Source: Trichinella spiralis (lineage: Eukaryota). From it: a DNA stretch of 64,000 bases. Below are positions 22,179-36,020 of this stretch, piece by piece (position 1 is the stretch's first letter; each line of letters begins with the position of its first letter). The translations under genes and the position numbers were made by a program. Location: assembly GCF_000181795.1 (NCBI RefSeq), contig NW_003526943.1, positions 9,904,849 to 9,968,848 on the forward strand, in the 5' to 3' direction. Below the pieces are notes generated by a model. It made no database searches and was not told where the DNA came from. It worked only from the letters and a program-made list of their open reading frames with translations.

Positions 22179-25100
22179 TTAATCACAACGAAACATCTGT
22201 TCAATTGCATTTAAATTATTTGTTATTATTATTCTACTCTGTGGCATTTGCTCATCAGATAAATTTTGTAAAATATTTTTATTAGTCACACCTAAAAGAA
22301 AAAGAAGAGAATCACTGCATTATACAGACAGAATCAAGCCAATCAGAGATTGAAAATTTTCTCAGAAAAAAAAGAAATCAAGTTTTTTTGGTCATACAAT
22401 ATTGATGCGCAAGTGAATAGGCTGTGTTGGGATACTGTATGGAAAAATTGGCAAAAATAGCCAGAAAATCATTGACAAGAATTTCGTTCGGCAAAAGTTC
22501 TTTGAATCGTCTCACCGTGAACGCAAACAACTCCGTATCGAATTCTTCCATCTTGCCAAGACGATTCAGCGCAATAATTCGACTAAAATATTTTAAAAGA
22601 AAATAAACTAAAAAGATGAAATTGAATAATCAACCAACGTACAGCGCTTCCATCCAAGGTTCTTTAAAGATGGACAAGAAGAAGCATGTCAAGCAAGATA
22701 TGGCCAAATTGGAGGGTCTTTTTTCCACAATTGATGGAACAAGCAACAATATCCAATTGAATATTGTGGGCTCGTCTTTGGATTGGAAATCTTTTAAAAC
22801 CTTGAAAAAATATGCACAACAGAGTACACCAAACACACACACACACACACACAAAGAGAAAAGAAAAGAAGAAAAGAAAAATTTACTGAGCAGAGAATAT
22901 CAATCAACACCTTCTGCTGATCAGCAGATTTCATGTTGCTCATGAAATCGAGAACCAATTTGTGAATAACATCACTCGGCGAAAAGTTGTCTTTCAAAAA
23001 TTCACAACATACCACTCCAAGGACGTTTGTAATTTCAGTTGCGGATTGAGCAATTCTAAAATGTAACCAAAATTATGCAAAAATTTGACAAGATTAAATG
23101 ACAAAAAAGTGGAATGAATACTTTCGTAAAATTATATCGAATCGTTCCATGACCATAATATGAAATGTCGCTTTCGACTGATCACTTGCACTTGCGTCGA
23201 GCTGTTGCCGTTGTTGATCATCATCTGCTTGATTATTAAACCAATTTTTTACTTAAAAAAGTAAGAAGAAAAAAAAAACATATATCATTATCATGTTCAC
23301 AGAAATGAAGCAACAAGTAATAACGAACGATCAACACTAACTAAAGTGAAGACTGATCAGCATCAACGTCAGCGACGTAAAGATGTAAGAATTGCCAGGT
23401 TCCACATCGAAGCTTTAAGATAAACAACAAATAAATAAATAAATAAATAAATAAATGGGAAAAATTTATCAAACCATTTGGTGGTGACTGTTAAAATTTG
23501 TTGACGACATTCGAAATTCATGGCCGGAAATCGAACCAACGTTTGCAAAACAGTGGCCACTGCGTTCTGCAAGCAATGCGGCAACGGTGATTGGTACGCT
23601 TCGGCGGCGAGCTGCAAATTAAAACTTTTTTTAATTATAATAATTTTTACACTACACACACGATTATTAATTTTATTCATTCATTTATAGAACAAACTTT
23701 GAGCAGAGTTTTCAAATAATCCACCGTGCCGTGTTCGTCGGCAAGTTTTTCCATCATTTGACAAGCGAGCGCACAACAAGCTACCTCATAATCCAATCCG
23801 CAAACTCTGCAATAATAAAAAAAATGAAAACAATTTTGCGTAATAAAATGCAGATACAAAATCATATATTTGAATATATTGTTGTTCTGAGTGTGAATAT
23901 GGATAAAATGATAATTTCTGCAAAATGCACTACTACTCACTGAACGTTGTTCACCGCCTGGCGGTCGGACATCAGTTGAAAAGTGTGCAAAATTAATTCG
24001 CCAATGTTGGGCAAAAAGCAGGCAACATCGGCCGATGGGAAACTGCGCAACGATTGTAAAAGACCAAAAAGCATGAACATCTTGTTCGATTGAAATGGAA
24101 TTTTGCATCCGTGGTCGACAACTTGCAAGATCATTTTCAACGATTCTGCGTTGCTCTGAAATTTTATCAACAGAATATTTTCTTTTGAGAGTGAATAAAA
24201 TTATTTTCTCATTCATGCACACACACACACACACACACACATTTTGTACTTACACTGCACAAGTTGGCGGCACATTTGAGAATGCCAAAGAGAATAACGT
24301 TGGTGATGAACTCGTCGTCCGCAGATCTCGCCTGAAAGACCACATTCATATGGTTGGTCATCCATTCGCTGTGGGCGTCTTCGAAAAAGAAATCCGACAA
24401 GCATACAATCTACAGAAAAGGTTCCACTTTCTAAGCAAAGCAAAGAAAAGATAAAATGTAAGATTCTTTTACAGCATCCAGAGTAGAAATTAGCAACAAC
24501 AGTGGCACTTGATCCGGACCATCCTTGAACCAATGATCGAAAAGATCAATGACAAAATACATGCATGAAACCAGATCAAATGATTCTGATATAAAACAAA
24601 AAAAATACATATATATTGTATGGAATAGAATCAAGTTGAAAACAAAATGACAAATGACGATCGTTTCACCCCTCAAATTCGGCGTTACGATTGAACCACC
24701 GGAAGCGATGTTGGAATTGATAATCTGGGCACGGTTCAGCAGTTTGGCACTTTCGTACAACTTTTCCACGTCGCAAAAGCTGCAGGGCAGTTGAAGGTCT
24801 GCTTGCATTTCCAAACTGGACGACGATTCCAATTCGAACTTTACCAAATGAGCTATTTCAGCGCAGCGCTTATTCCACCTATATCCCCACACAACAAAAA
24901 ACAAACAAACAAACAAAACTATCAAACATCATCAGCGGATCAACAATATATTGACTTTTGGCATACGTTGGCTCGCTTTGGAATGAACACGGCGGTCGAA
25001 ATTGGGCGGCTCGTTTCCAATTGTTCACCGGAGTCAGCACCAAACGAGGAGAAGTCATCGTGAATATACAGCCGATGCAACGCACCGCTAAACTGCTAGC

Positions 25101-28100
25101 GGTCACTCGATCAACAGTATCCTTTTCAAATAAACAACCAAATTGTATTACGATATAAATAGCAAAAACCACCACAAACCAGCCGATCTCTGTGGGACAT
25201 TTCTTTGCCAATCGGAGTTGCGCTCAACACTGCCACCAGTGTCATCCAAATTTCTTCGAATTGCTGCTTACTCGACCAGCCTGAACGAAAAGAAAACAGT
25301 ATGCAAATGATACAAGAAAGATGAATCATCTAGCCAACCTAACAAACAGACGCGGTAGATGAAATCTTTCAGCACGTCGGCGTGGACCAAAAATCGAACC
25401 GGCACGTTGCTGAACGTGCACAGATCGCCGATACGTTTCACATCCGGCACCCAGCCGAATGGAAATGCAGCAAACGGAGTCAAGCAAAAGCTGAACACTT
25501 GTGGAAGTCGACACACACCTATACAGAGGAAAAAAAGCACGAATAAAATAATCTCAACAACAATCTGCTTATAATTGATTATAATGAATTAATTAATCAA
25601 CTGACCAATGATCGTGTCGCTGATCAACGCATCCTGCACTTGTTCGTACAGTCGACGAGAACGTCGAAATGCCAACATTGCTTCACAATAAAGAAAGCTC
25701 ATCTTTTCCGTTTCGTTTACTGAAAATCCAATTCCCGACAATCGACAAAATAGAGAATCAACAAAAAAGAAAGAAAAATATCGAACCTTGTGTGAATGGT
25801 AATTTACTGGGCAATCGTCTCAAAAGTGCAGAAAGCCGAAAAGCTTAAAAGCGAGAAAAACAACAATGAATGTTGAATTTTTAAAAAAAAAATTATACAA
25901 CTCACATTTGACCAACATCCAAAACGTGCAACCGATTATGGAATGGACAACGTTCTGCGGCTGGTCAGTGAAAAAGGTGCAACAGTGTTGGTTGGCAAGT
26001 ACGGTCAAAAATGTGGCCAACGTGGCAGTGGCTTCGTGAAGACTCAAGTCGGGCAACAATTTCAAGCACGTCTTTTTAAAAATAAAAAAAAATAGTAAAA
26101 AATGAAAATAAATTCAATAACAACAAAAAAAACAGTACCAAAAACGAAATATGCACAAAGTCTAAAATTATGGATATTTCCGACGTTGACAGGCGCCAAG
26201 ATGCGGCCGAAATTATGCTGAACAGTTCTTGAACGGATGAGTGCATGGAAAAAACTTTTTCACGGTAGCCGATTGGCAGTGTCAAGTCGACCCTGAGAAA
26301 TACAATTTTCACATGTCGTGAGAAAAATTGAAATTGAATAAACAACAACAATTCATACTCCCATTGAGAAAATTGGAAACGAGCCACTGCGTCGGCTGGA
26401 AATTGACGAATCAAATTTTGCAAAGCGAAAATCACAGCCTCTTTGCCGGCTGTGAATAATTTCGGCATGTTTCTGCTGAATTCCCTATCCGGAGCGGCAC
26501 CGCAATTGTTTTGGTCACCACCGTCGCAGGACAGTGCAAATCGACGTCGAGCTAATTTTAAACAAGCACGCAAAGCGGCACCGGATATATTCTGAACAAT
26601 GGAAATCGAACAATTAAACGGGATAAATGGTTGGTGGGAAAAAAAGAAAAGAAAAATTGCACAATCGCCCCCGACCTGATCGCAGAGAATGCTGCGCACA
26701 TCTTCCACAGGAAAGCACTGAACCGCTTTGGCGAACCGTGACCATCGGTCAGTGTGGGCACCGACATCGGCGGAGACGTCAGTTTTCAGCAGATGCAGCA
26801 CGTCCAGCTTGTCGAACGAATGCCCAGTGTCGGAACATCCAGCCGCTGCCCTGCCAGACAACTCTGGCGGTAAACGCCGGCTGAAGCCAAAAACCGGATG
26901 CAAATTGTCATTTACAAACTTCACCATTAAACTTCTCAATTCTCCATTCCTGAACGTTGTCAACGGCTTCAACTTATACAATTTGATAATTTTTTCTTGT
27001 TATTTTTTTTCAAATAATTATAAATCAACAAACAAACAAACAACTTTACTTGAACAACAGCGTGAATGAATTTTTGGACGTTGCATAAATAATATCTTTC
27101 AACAATAATTCCACTCCGGTCATGCGTTGCAATTCCTGCAAAAGAAGTGATTGAAAATAAAACCTGCTAAAAAAATAACCCATCACACACACACACATAC
27201 ACACATACCTGAGTGCTTTTCGACATCATGCTCAGAAGACGTCGACAAGCCGACTGTTCTGCACAACGTCGAACCAAATAATGCTTGCTTTGAACAAGGG
27301 AAATTTCCAAATGCAACGCAATCAAAGAATACCTCTCACAACTGTATTTCAACAGTTCAATCATTTTCAACTGCTGTCCAATCTACGAAAAAAATTAATT
27401 ATTGAAATATATTAATATATATTTTAAATTTATAAATAATTCACTGTCATCGAAGAAGAATCGATTGTACGCTTGAAATTGTACAACATCGTCTCACAGC
27501 TATGCTCCATCTTCAAAGCATACCTTGCAAATAAATCAACATCACAATTGGTCTGCTGAATAAATTCATATTTTTTCTGTTTCACCCAACATACTTGAGT
27601 AGCTGTTCGAAAGCCATCTCTTCGACACAGGCGAAAAAAGTCCCACACTCCACCCTGAGCGACGACCATTTCAGAAACAACGAATCCATCGTTGTTGTTG
27701 CTGTTGTTGTAGTGCTTTTGCTCATTTGATTTTTCAGCAGATCTTTGCAAGTGACCAAAATTACCAACCAGGGAAATGATCTGAGGATATAAAGATAATT
27801 GTTTTGGAAAAAACAAAACACAATATTTCAATTTTTGTGTGAATGAATAAAAAACCAAGGCTCAACTTGATTTGCACCCGACTGATCAGTTCGTTCAAAT
27901 GCCATTCACTGTTGCATAGAATAGCCGAGATGTGACAAAGCTGAAACAACAGCACTGCTTCTCCTGTACGACTGGCAATTTCCAGTTGATCAATAATGCG
28001 GACGAAATGTTCCTCGAATCGAAATACAGCAATCAGTTTGGGGTGCATGCCTACAGTGCACATAAGATTTTGGGAAAAAGTTCCTTTTCTCTGTCCAGCT

Positions 28101-31100
28101 TTGTGATTAGCTTGAACAAACCTGACTGATTGATCCAAAAGATCGTTTCATAAAAGTTGACAATCATTTGTAATTCCAATTGATGGCTGTTCGGGCTGAC
28201 ATCTCCAACTGCAGAATCAACGAAACTGACCAGATACCATTCACTCAGGCGAAGAATTAGCCTAATTGTTTTTGTTTTTTACTTGAATTTGCCTTGAAAC
28301 TATCAACAATTATATACAGTTCATTCTGAGCTTACCTGACGATCAATTCTTCAGGTTTGGTGTCCGTGTGGTAATTCATCCATGGGGCCAGTTGTTGGTT
28401 CGCTTTCAAAGATGGCAAAACTTCATTAGCACGATCAAGCAACGAATCGCCAGGACAATGCAGAAACAATATCCTGAACAAGCACGTCACCGCTAGCAGA
28501 TGTTTCCATTTGTTCAACGTGGAATGCTTATCATAAATAATCATTGAATCAGAGAGATTTTTTCTAAATTGTATAAAGTAATAAAAGATACTTCACATTC
28601 AGCAGCCAAAAAGCACAAAGCGCTGAAAATTGGATCGACGGGAGAATAAGCTCTCGAACAAACCATATCCAACAACTGGTACAGTGCATTGATTGAATTG
28701 GAATTTTTGATTTCAATCTTGAAAAGAAATAAGTTGAACATACTGTAACAAAAAAAATAAATAAATAAAACTAAAGTACTTTGCCTTCCAACAGCAGTGG
28801 AAGTAGACGGTCAGTCAAATCTCTGGAAATTTTACGCCATCGACGTTCGTCGAATTTTTTCAGTTGGAACATGATAACGTTGAACGAATCCCAACTCTGA
28901 ATCAGAATTCATATAAAATATTCAAGCTCGACGGAATAATACACAAATCGCAATTGCACAAACAACCATCAAATGATCACCACCTACTTCTGCATACTGC
29001 AACGCTTTGGTCAGCATTGCGATGACAACTTCTTGTTGAATTTCCAATTCATTATTGCCAACATCTTGTTGTCGCAGTAGGAATAAATCCAACACAACAT
29101 AATGCATGGCAATATTACCTAAATTGGACAATCACGATCGTCATCATCATCTGAAATGACCAAAACTGAATCTACCCAGAAGGGGATTGTCTTTGGAAGT
29201 GTACATTGATTCGACGAGTTGTATAATTTTTGGAATTTCCACAAATGGAACAGTATTTTGCCTTTCGTGTGACAAGATGATCAACAATTCGAACAATTTG
29301 CATACAAATTCCCGATCAACACTGATAAATGTCATAATTGTTGTTGCTTTTAAAAGTTTAAGATAAAAAATTAATTTATTATTAGATTATTACCAACTGT
29401 CATCTTCGATGTAGTGTTCCAATTGTTGGCAAAATAAGTTCAAAATTCTCCTTTGGGGATCCAAAACTGAATAGTTGACTTTCACCAATAGCAGATGGCA
29501 TATCAAACCGACAAACGCGGCTTGAAATCGACCATCACTTTGCACGGTATACATGCGCAGACCCTGCAAAAAATGAACGTCAACAAACAAACAAACAAAC
29601 AAACAAACAACAAACCTCCATTAAAATAGGTTCGTAAAGTTGAATTGCCTCGGACAGGAAGCTTTTCCTTTCTGAATCTTGAAACAGTTGACTTACATAC
29701 TGACTGTAATTGTTCTCCAACCAGCCAACATGACTGAATAAAGTTTCAACAACATTAGAATATTGGAAGGTTTTTTCCTTTCAAAGTAAAAGTATAAAAA
29801 TAAAAGAACGAACAAAGCGTCCAATATGATGAATAGGAAAAAATTCTCACCATATCAAACTGTCTTCGACAAAATCGTGACGCATCATCGAACGAGCAGT
29901 CTTTTGGGCAATGTGAGTTTGGATATTTTCCAAAAAATGTTCATAATTAGAACAAGATTGCAGTGTTGTCGCCTGGTTGACAATTGAATCTTGTGTCCGC
30001 TTAACTCTGAGCTGCTTTTCAAAGTGTAAATTTGTTCCAAACAAAACTTTGATAACCTTAAAAAAAGAAAACGACAACAACCAGCCAAAACGAAACAAAA
30101 TGCTAATAATAATAATTAGTATTGTTATTATTAATCCAATTTGTAAAAGTTGTACTTGAGTCAGTGTTGAAATCAACTGAGCAGGCATGAGTGGCATCAA
30201 ACTTTTGCTGAAGAATAAAAAGTCTTCCAAATATCCGCTGAAGTCAACCACCGATACTGCTTCCAAAACTGCGGACAAAGCTTGCAAAGCGGATCCAAGT
30301 AGACCGAGAAATTTTTTCTCCGTTTCGGCGTCAATGGTTGCCTAGATTTGGAACATTTTGTCAAGCACAATGAGACGATATGAAAAAATAATTGTCATCA
30401 ATACTCGAAAATTCGAACCAACACGACGCAAAATTTCGAAAAGATTCAACAGCTGCGGTTCATAGCCACCTTCTGAAAAACGACCGCTACGTTCCCCAAC
30501 GCCAGAATCGCCTCTGCCAAGATGCACTACATACACAAAGAAATGTTCTGTCGGATGAGATTATGTTGGTTTAATTTGATAGTAGAAAAATTACACTTGA
30601 TGCTGATTTCTTTTCGAATAAAAGTGGGATATTTCAATTTCTTGATCACCGGAGACGACAGAGTGGTGCTCGAGCCAGAGCCACTTTTGACGAAACGTGC
30701 GGTCGACGTGGGCGTTGCCGTTCGTTGTTCCACCACGTGCCAGTACATCGAAGTGACTTGCATGGTGAAGGCGATCAAATCGGCAGCAACATCGGTCAAA
30801 CCGTACAATTCGACAATGTTCTTCTTCTTATTCGTCGGTTGGGATTCGAAATCCACAACACAAGCTGCAAAGAATAGAAAATATGTTCACTTGCATATCA
30901 TTAATCTGACAACAACAACAACAACAAAGCACCAGCAAACAATGTGGAAACGAAATGCAAAATTCGTTGCCAGCTTATCAACGGATCCAGCTGGAAACAA
31001 TCCGTGCGCAACAGTTGCAAACAGTGCTGCATCAGTGGACAAGCTAGACACTTGCCATTGACGGTCGTCGTTGTCGACCAAGCGCGTCTATATACTCGAG

Positions 31101-34100
31101 GAGGATATGCAGTTGCCAGTTCGTCCAAAGCGACGATGCATCCAAACTGGAAAAAAGCAAAAAAAAAGAAAAAATTTTCCAAAAATTGTACAACAAATGT
31201 TCCAACTCGGCATCTGAATTATTATACCCAGTCGAACACTTGGGCCGAAGTTTTGTAAAATGTCGAATAGAGCAAGTCGATCACAGTCGACAAATTGTGC
31301 TCAGTATCATCGATCAACAGTGCGTTGTAATGCAAATCTGATGGGGAAGAATAATCCAACGCCGAATTGTGCACAGTTGGCAAATCCGGATGCAACCAAT
31401 TCTGCCGGCCGGAGAACGTACGACCGTAATATTGACGATTCAAGCTGACCAAAGTGACGTTGCCAAAAAAATACAACCGTGGGATCAGTCTTCAAGATAA
31501 TTGTTCGAATGAAATGGGATATATGTTTTAAATTAAAAAAAAATAATTTTTTTTCACTTCAAAAGGCTCGTCGACGCTGCACTGCTGACGCGTCGATCTT
31601 CGTCTAGAAGCAACTGATCAATCAAGCAGTGCAATACAGCAGGCTGCAGTTTTTCCGTCAAATTCTACACAATTTCCAATATTCATTTTAATATCGAGGC
31701 AAAAATAGCAGAACAAACTTACCGAGTAGCATGTTTCTTCTAAAAGTGATATTAAGCAAAAATCCAATTCTTCAAAACATTCAGCCAATTTCACCTGAGA
31801 GAAAACGCACACACACACATATAGAAAAAAAAACAGTTTTCTACTTTGAAATATTATTAATAAATCACCATCACCTTTACTAGCCAATATGGATTCGAGG
31901 CAAGTCTGAGCAAACTGTGGGCACAATTCACCACTTCGGACGGATTTAATTTTTGCATTATAGAAAATGTTCTTCGTAAACTGGACAACGTGTAATGAAT
32001 GCACACGTTCGACTCATCTCTCGTGGCGTTGGACAAAATTTCCAAAAATCTCTTCAAAACTTTCATTTCTATTAATATCAATAAAATAATAATAAGCAAA
32101 TAAATTACAATAAAAACTTACCCTCTTTGAACTCTTGGTCGTCGTCGTTGTTCCATTTTCGACTTTGCACGGCAGTTGCCGTCGAAATCAGCAGAGATGC
32201 AACAGCTTGAGAAACGAAGCCTCTCACCTGAGGATCCAAATGCTTACAAAGCAACAACACATCCGAAATATTTTGCGAACAACCTACCGATTAGCAGAAA
32301 ACATACTACGTGCTAATTATTTCTTTCTGGGCAAGAAAAAAAATAAAATACCTTCATAAAGTGACAAATTATAAAGTGCATGATCCAACATGAACAAACG
32401 TTCCAACGTGGCCAGTGACAGCACCTTGTGACTCACCCGGACCTTCTCGTCCGGTAACGTCACTCCCGCTTGACCAGAGAGCAAAAAACGACGGCAAATC
32501 AAACGACAACAAAACTGCGCCATGCTTGTTGTCTCAGCTAATAAGCTGTCGACTGTAAAAATAAATTTGACAACAAACAAACAAACAAACAAACAAACAA
32601 ACAAACAAATATCCCATTCTCACATTCATCCTTTGCCCAATCAGCCACGGTCGATATGGTCGACTTGTCAAAAGTTGGTGCTAAAAAACAAAATTACAAA
32701 GCAAAAAAAAACAAACAAATAAACAAATAAACTTTTTCCAGAATTCACTGAAGCGCCGCTAACTGAGGCACAGGTGGAAGAAGAATGAGAATGTTCGTCA
32801 AATTTCCGTCCGTTGGACTGCTGTTGATTGCTCTTCGCTTCTTCGTCCATCTCCATCAGTGCCAATCGCTCGTCGACCGATTCAATCGATCTCTGCAGGC
32901 CAGAATATTTCAAACGGCCGATGCATATGGATTCCAAACTTTCCCGCTCTCCGAACTAAATTCCAAATTCAATTCGAGTTTGTCGTTAATATTAAATCAA
33001 ATTAAAATTTATAATATATTTCTGTATGGACAAACTTGACTCTGATCGTCAGATGAAGCGGAAAATCGTTGGACCCTTTTCTCAAGACAATCATCCCCTT
33101 GGAAAGAGATATTCAACACGGGCTGTTCAACAGCAGTATCCTGCTGCAGCGCAGTTGGATCGTCCGAACAACTCGCGCTTGAAATCGACTCTGAACGCAC
33201 TGCTGAAAAATTCCACTTTTTTTAGTAATTTGCATTTTCAAAACAAACAAACAAACAAACAAACTCACGCTCCACATCCGCAGTGCTGGTCAAATCGCAA
33301 TCTGCAGATGGAAAAAAGAAACGGGACTTTTTCACCGAATTTTTGCTCAACCAAATTGCACACTGAGTTTGGGTGGAATTTTCGAAAATTTTCACCAACA
33401 TCTCCAAAGCCAGCGAATTGACCACGTCGTTCGGCACGGCAGTGTAAAACAAAATCGCTTCGCAAAGCTAAATTATGCAAATTCCATTTTTCACTATTAT
33501 TCAAATTAGATCTTTTTTTTTGTAACACAACAAACTTGGACAAAAATTTCGCTAGAAATCTGTTTCACACGCTGACCGCCGCCGACATTCGTGGAATATT
33601 GTTGGTCAATTTGCTGCTCTTTGAGAACAAGCGGGATGAACATTTTCAACGTCAACAAATTGCCAAGCAGATGAAATACATCGTCACAATCTTGCTTTGT
33701 CACTTTGGCTAAAATGAAAAAAAAAAGAGAGAAATTCAAATAATATACAATTTTATGATTAAAAAAAACAATAATACTTACTTAGAATATATCTGAACCA
33801 GTATGAAATCATGTCGGATCGACGTCTTGAATTATGGCAAAGTTCAGTTATAAATGTTGCAGCAACACGACGGAACAGTGTCGACTGAAGCTGAAGATTT
33901 GCCAAAGCACTGTGGATAAGTCCCTTCAATTCGCTTTGATCTTGATTTAAAAATGGAAAATTAACTTTCAATCGAAACTAACGTGGATCTCTTCATCTCT
34001 GAAATAACGTCCCAACGTTTGCAACAAGCGCGCAATTGTGCTTCCAATACAGTCTTGAATCATCTCCTCGGGTCTTTTTATTATTTGTTCAAACAGTGGA

Positions 34101-34520
34101 ATCAACGTTATAGCAAATTGTCTGAAACAATTTATAACCAACTATTTACTGCTAATGAATGATGCAAAGCTAATGAATAAACATTTTTTTACCGTCTTTT
34201 TTGGATCCCGATTAATTCTACAATTTCAACAAATTTTCCCATTGCAGAACGAATACACCGAGCTGATCCGTTCCGCTTCAACTCTTTGCACAGTTCGCTG
34301 TGAACACGGCTTATATTCCACTCGTTGATGCAACTCTGAATAGAACAAGATCCATTTTGAGGTAATTGAAATTTAAATAAAAATTGCTTTTATTACTCGA
34401 ATAATTATGTTCATTGTTTCCTCAGTTAAAATGCGAACGTCAGTGCACGGATCATCGCAGTAAGAGAATAAAATTGTAAAAGCATTGCCAAAAGCTTTCC
34501 CGTATTCAGCGTGCTGCCTA
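22179..34520 (-). CDS. HTT: Huntingtin orthologue split by dozens of short introns; the true 5' end probably lies at about 34600-34900 and is unresolved; last exon and stop tentative
   Basis: Collinear HTT motifs: YCDDPCTDVRILTEETMN (human CSDDAESDVRMVADECLN), ELKRNGSARCIRSA, RFLLSGQAGVTLPDEKVRVSHKVLSL, NPYWLVKVKL, GCIVALDELATAYPP, ELEIQQEVVIAML, PVRFLVHADVLKDFIYRVCLLGWSSKQQFEEIWMTL and ILFGILKC. Confidence 0.93.
32574..32608. repeat. (AAAC)n microsatellite in a huntingtin intron; similar tracts at about 29582-29615, 24900-24916 and 33241-33263
   Basis: Directly visible. Confidence 0.9.
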
Positions 34521-36020
34521 AACATATTTTTTGCACAAAAAGTGATCAACGTTACAGAAGCTGTTCATTAACAATAGAATAATAATAATAATCTTTCTTT
34601 TAAAACAAATTTTCAAACTTAATTTATCTGAACATTGCAATTTTTCCATATAGCTATGAACAAACATTATCTGTACAATAACTGCATTCTAAGTATACAC
34701 GATTCATCATCGTCATCTAATGAAATAGAAATGCTTACCTTAAATCTTACGCTTTAAAATTTATCCAAATTTATATAAGAAAGTAAAAATACACACAACA
34801 TTCTTTACTAAAAATTGCAAATCATCGATAACGTTTCGATATTGTTTTTCTTTTACTCCAACAATTCTTTATTTAAAATAAATGAAAATTTCAAAATATA
34901 CAAAATATCAATTAAATCGACATCAAAACAATCGAATAATTATACTGACAATATTTATACCAATAAATATCACATTTAAATTATTTTGTATTAAATACTG
35001 ATTGTATAATATTATTACGTGTTCTTTTAATTCTGCAAATAAATATAAGTTTCAGTTAAATATATAATAATAAGCTAGAATTTTAATACATTTAATTCAA
35101 ACAAAATCAGATAACTTGTTTAAAGTTCTGTTACTGTACAAACTGTTGATAGATAACAGTTAAAGTAAATAAATCGAAAACATGATGCAATATTTCTAAT
35201 TGTGACGAACGAACATTTATGACAATGCCAACTGTTATTACTCAGCTAGCTGATAGTTCCAAAGCACAAACTGCTTCTTACTTCAAAGTATTGCTACTGA
35301 GTGCCTCTGCGACTTGATAAAAAAGAGCCGCTTTTTCTTTTGATAATGGCACTGCTTCTTTTTTTCTGAAAATTGCTGCAAATAATTTTTAACATTCACA
35401 AATTATTAATTTACATACAACATATTAGTTGGACGTCGTAAGCTTTCTAAATTTTTCATCAACTTTTCCATTGTAAAGAAAAAATAAACATTCACAGAAT
35501 AATTTCACCTATACGCTACTTTTCAAAGAAAACTTTTCATTTTTGTCACCGTGATAATTATTAGATTTTCATGTACAATTAAATACTGTAATTTTGAGCA
35601 ATTCAATAAACACAATACTGTGATTTATCAAAAAGAATTTTAATTTCAACCCACTTAAATTAAATGTAAAAACTTTAAAAATGACATGTTATAAAACAAA
35701 TTAATTCCTTTTGCCATTTCACTTACAAATGAAGCAGAAAGAAACTAGACAAAACCTTCTCTCAGTATATAAGTATATATTCTTTTACACATGATGTACA
35801 TTAGGTAAGTGGGGGGGGTGGAGCATTTTCCAAACAGCACAATGCAAATAAAACAGCGAATCATTTACTATCCATCCACCAAGTAAACAAACAAAATTAA
35901 CTACTGCTGATAATATGATCACTTCGGTGTAGTACCGCACAAAATAAGTAGCAAACTGCACCGGAAAAAACCAATGGGCATTATTACATCTATGATGCCC
36001 ATAAATGACCAAAAATGAAG

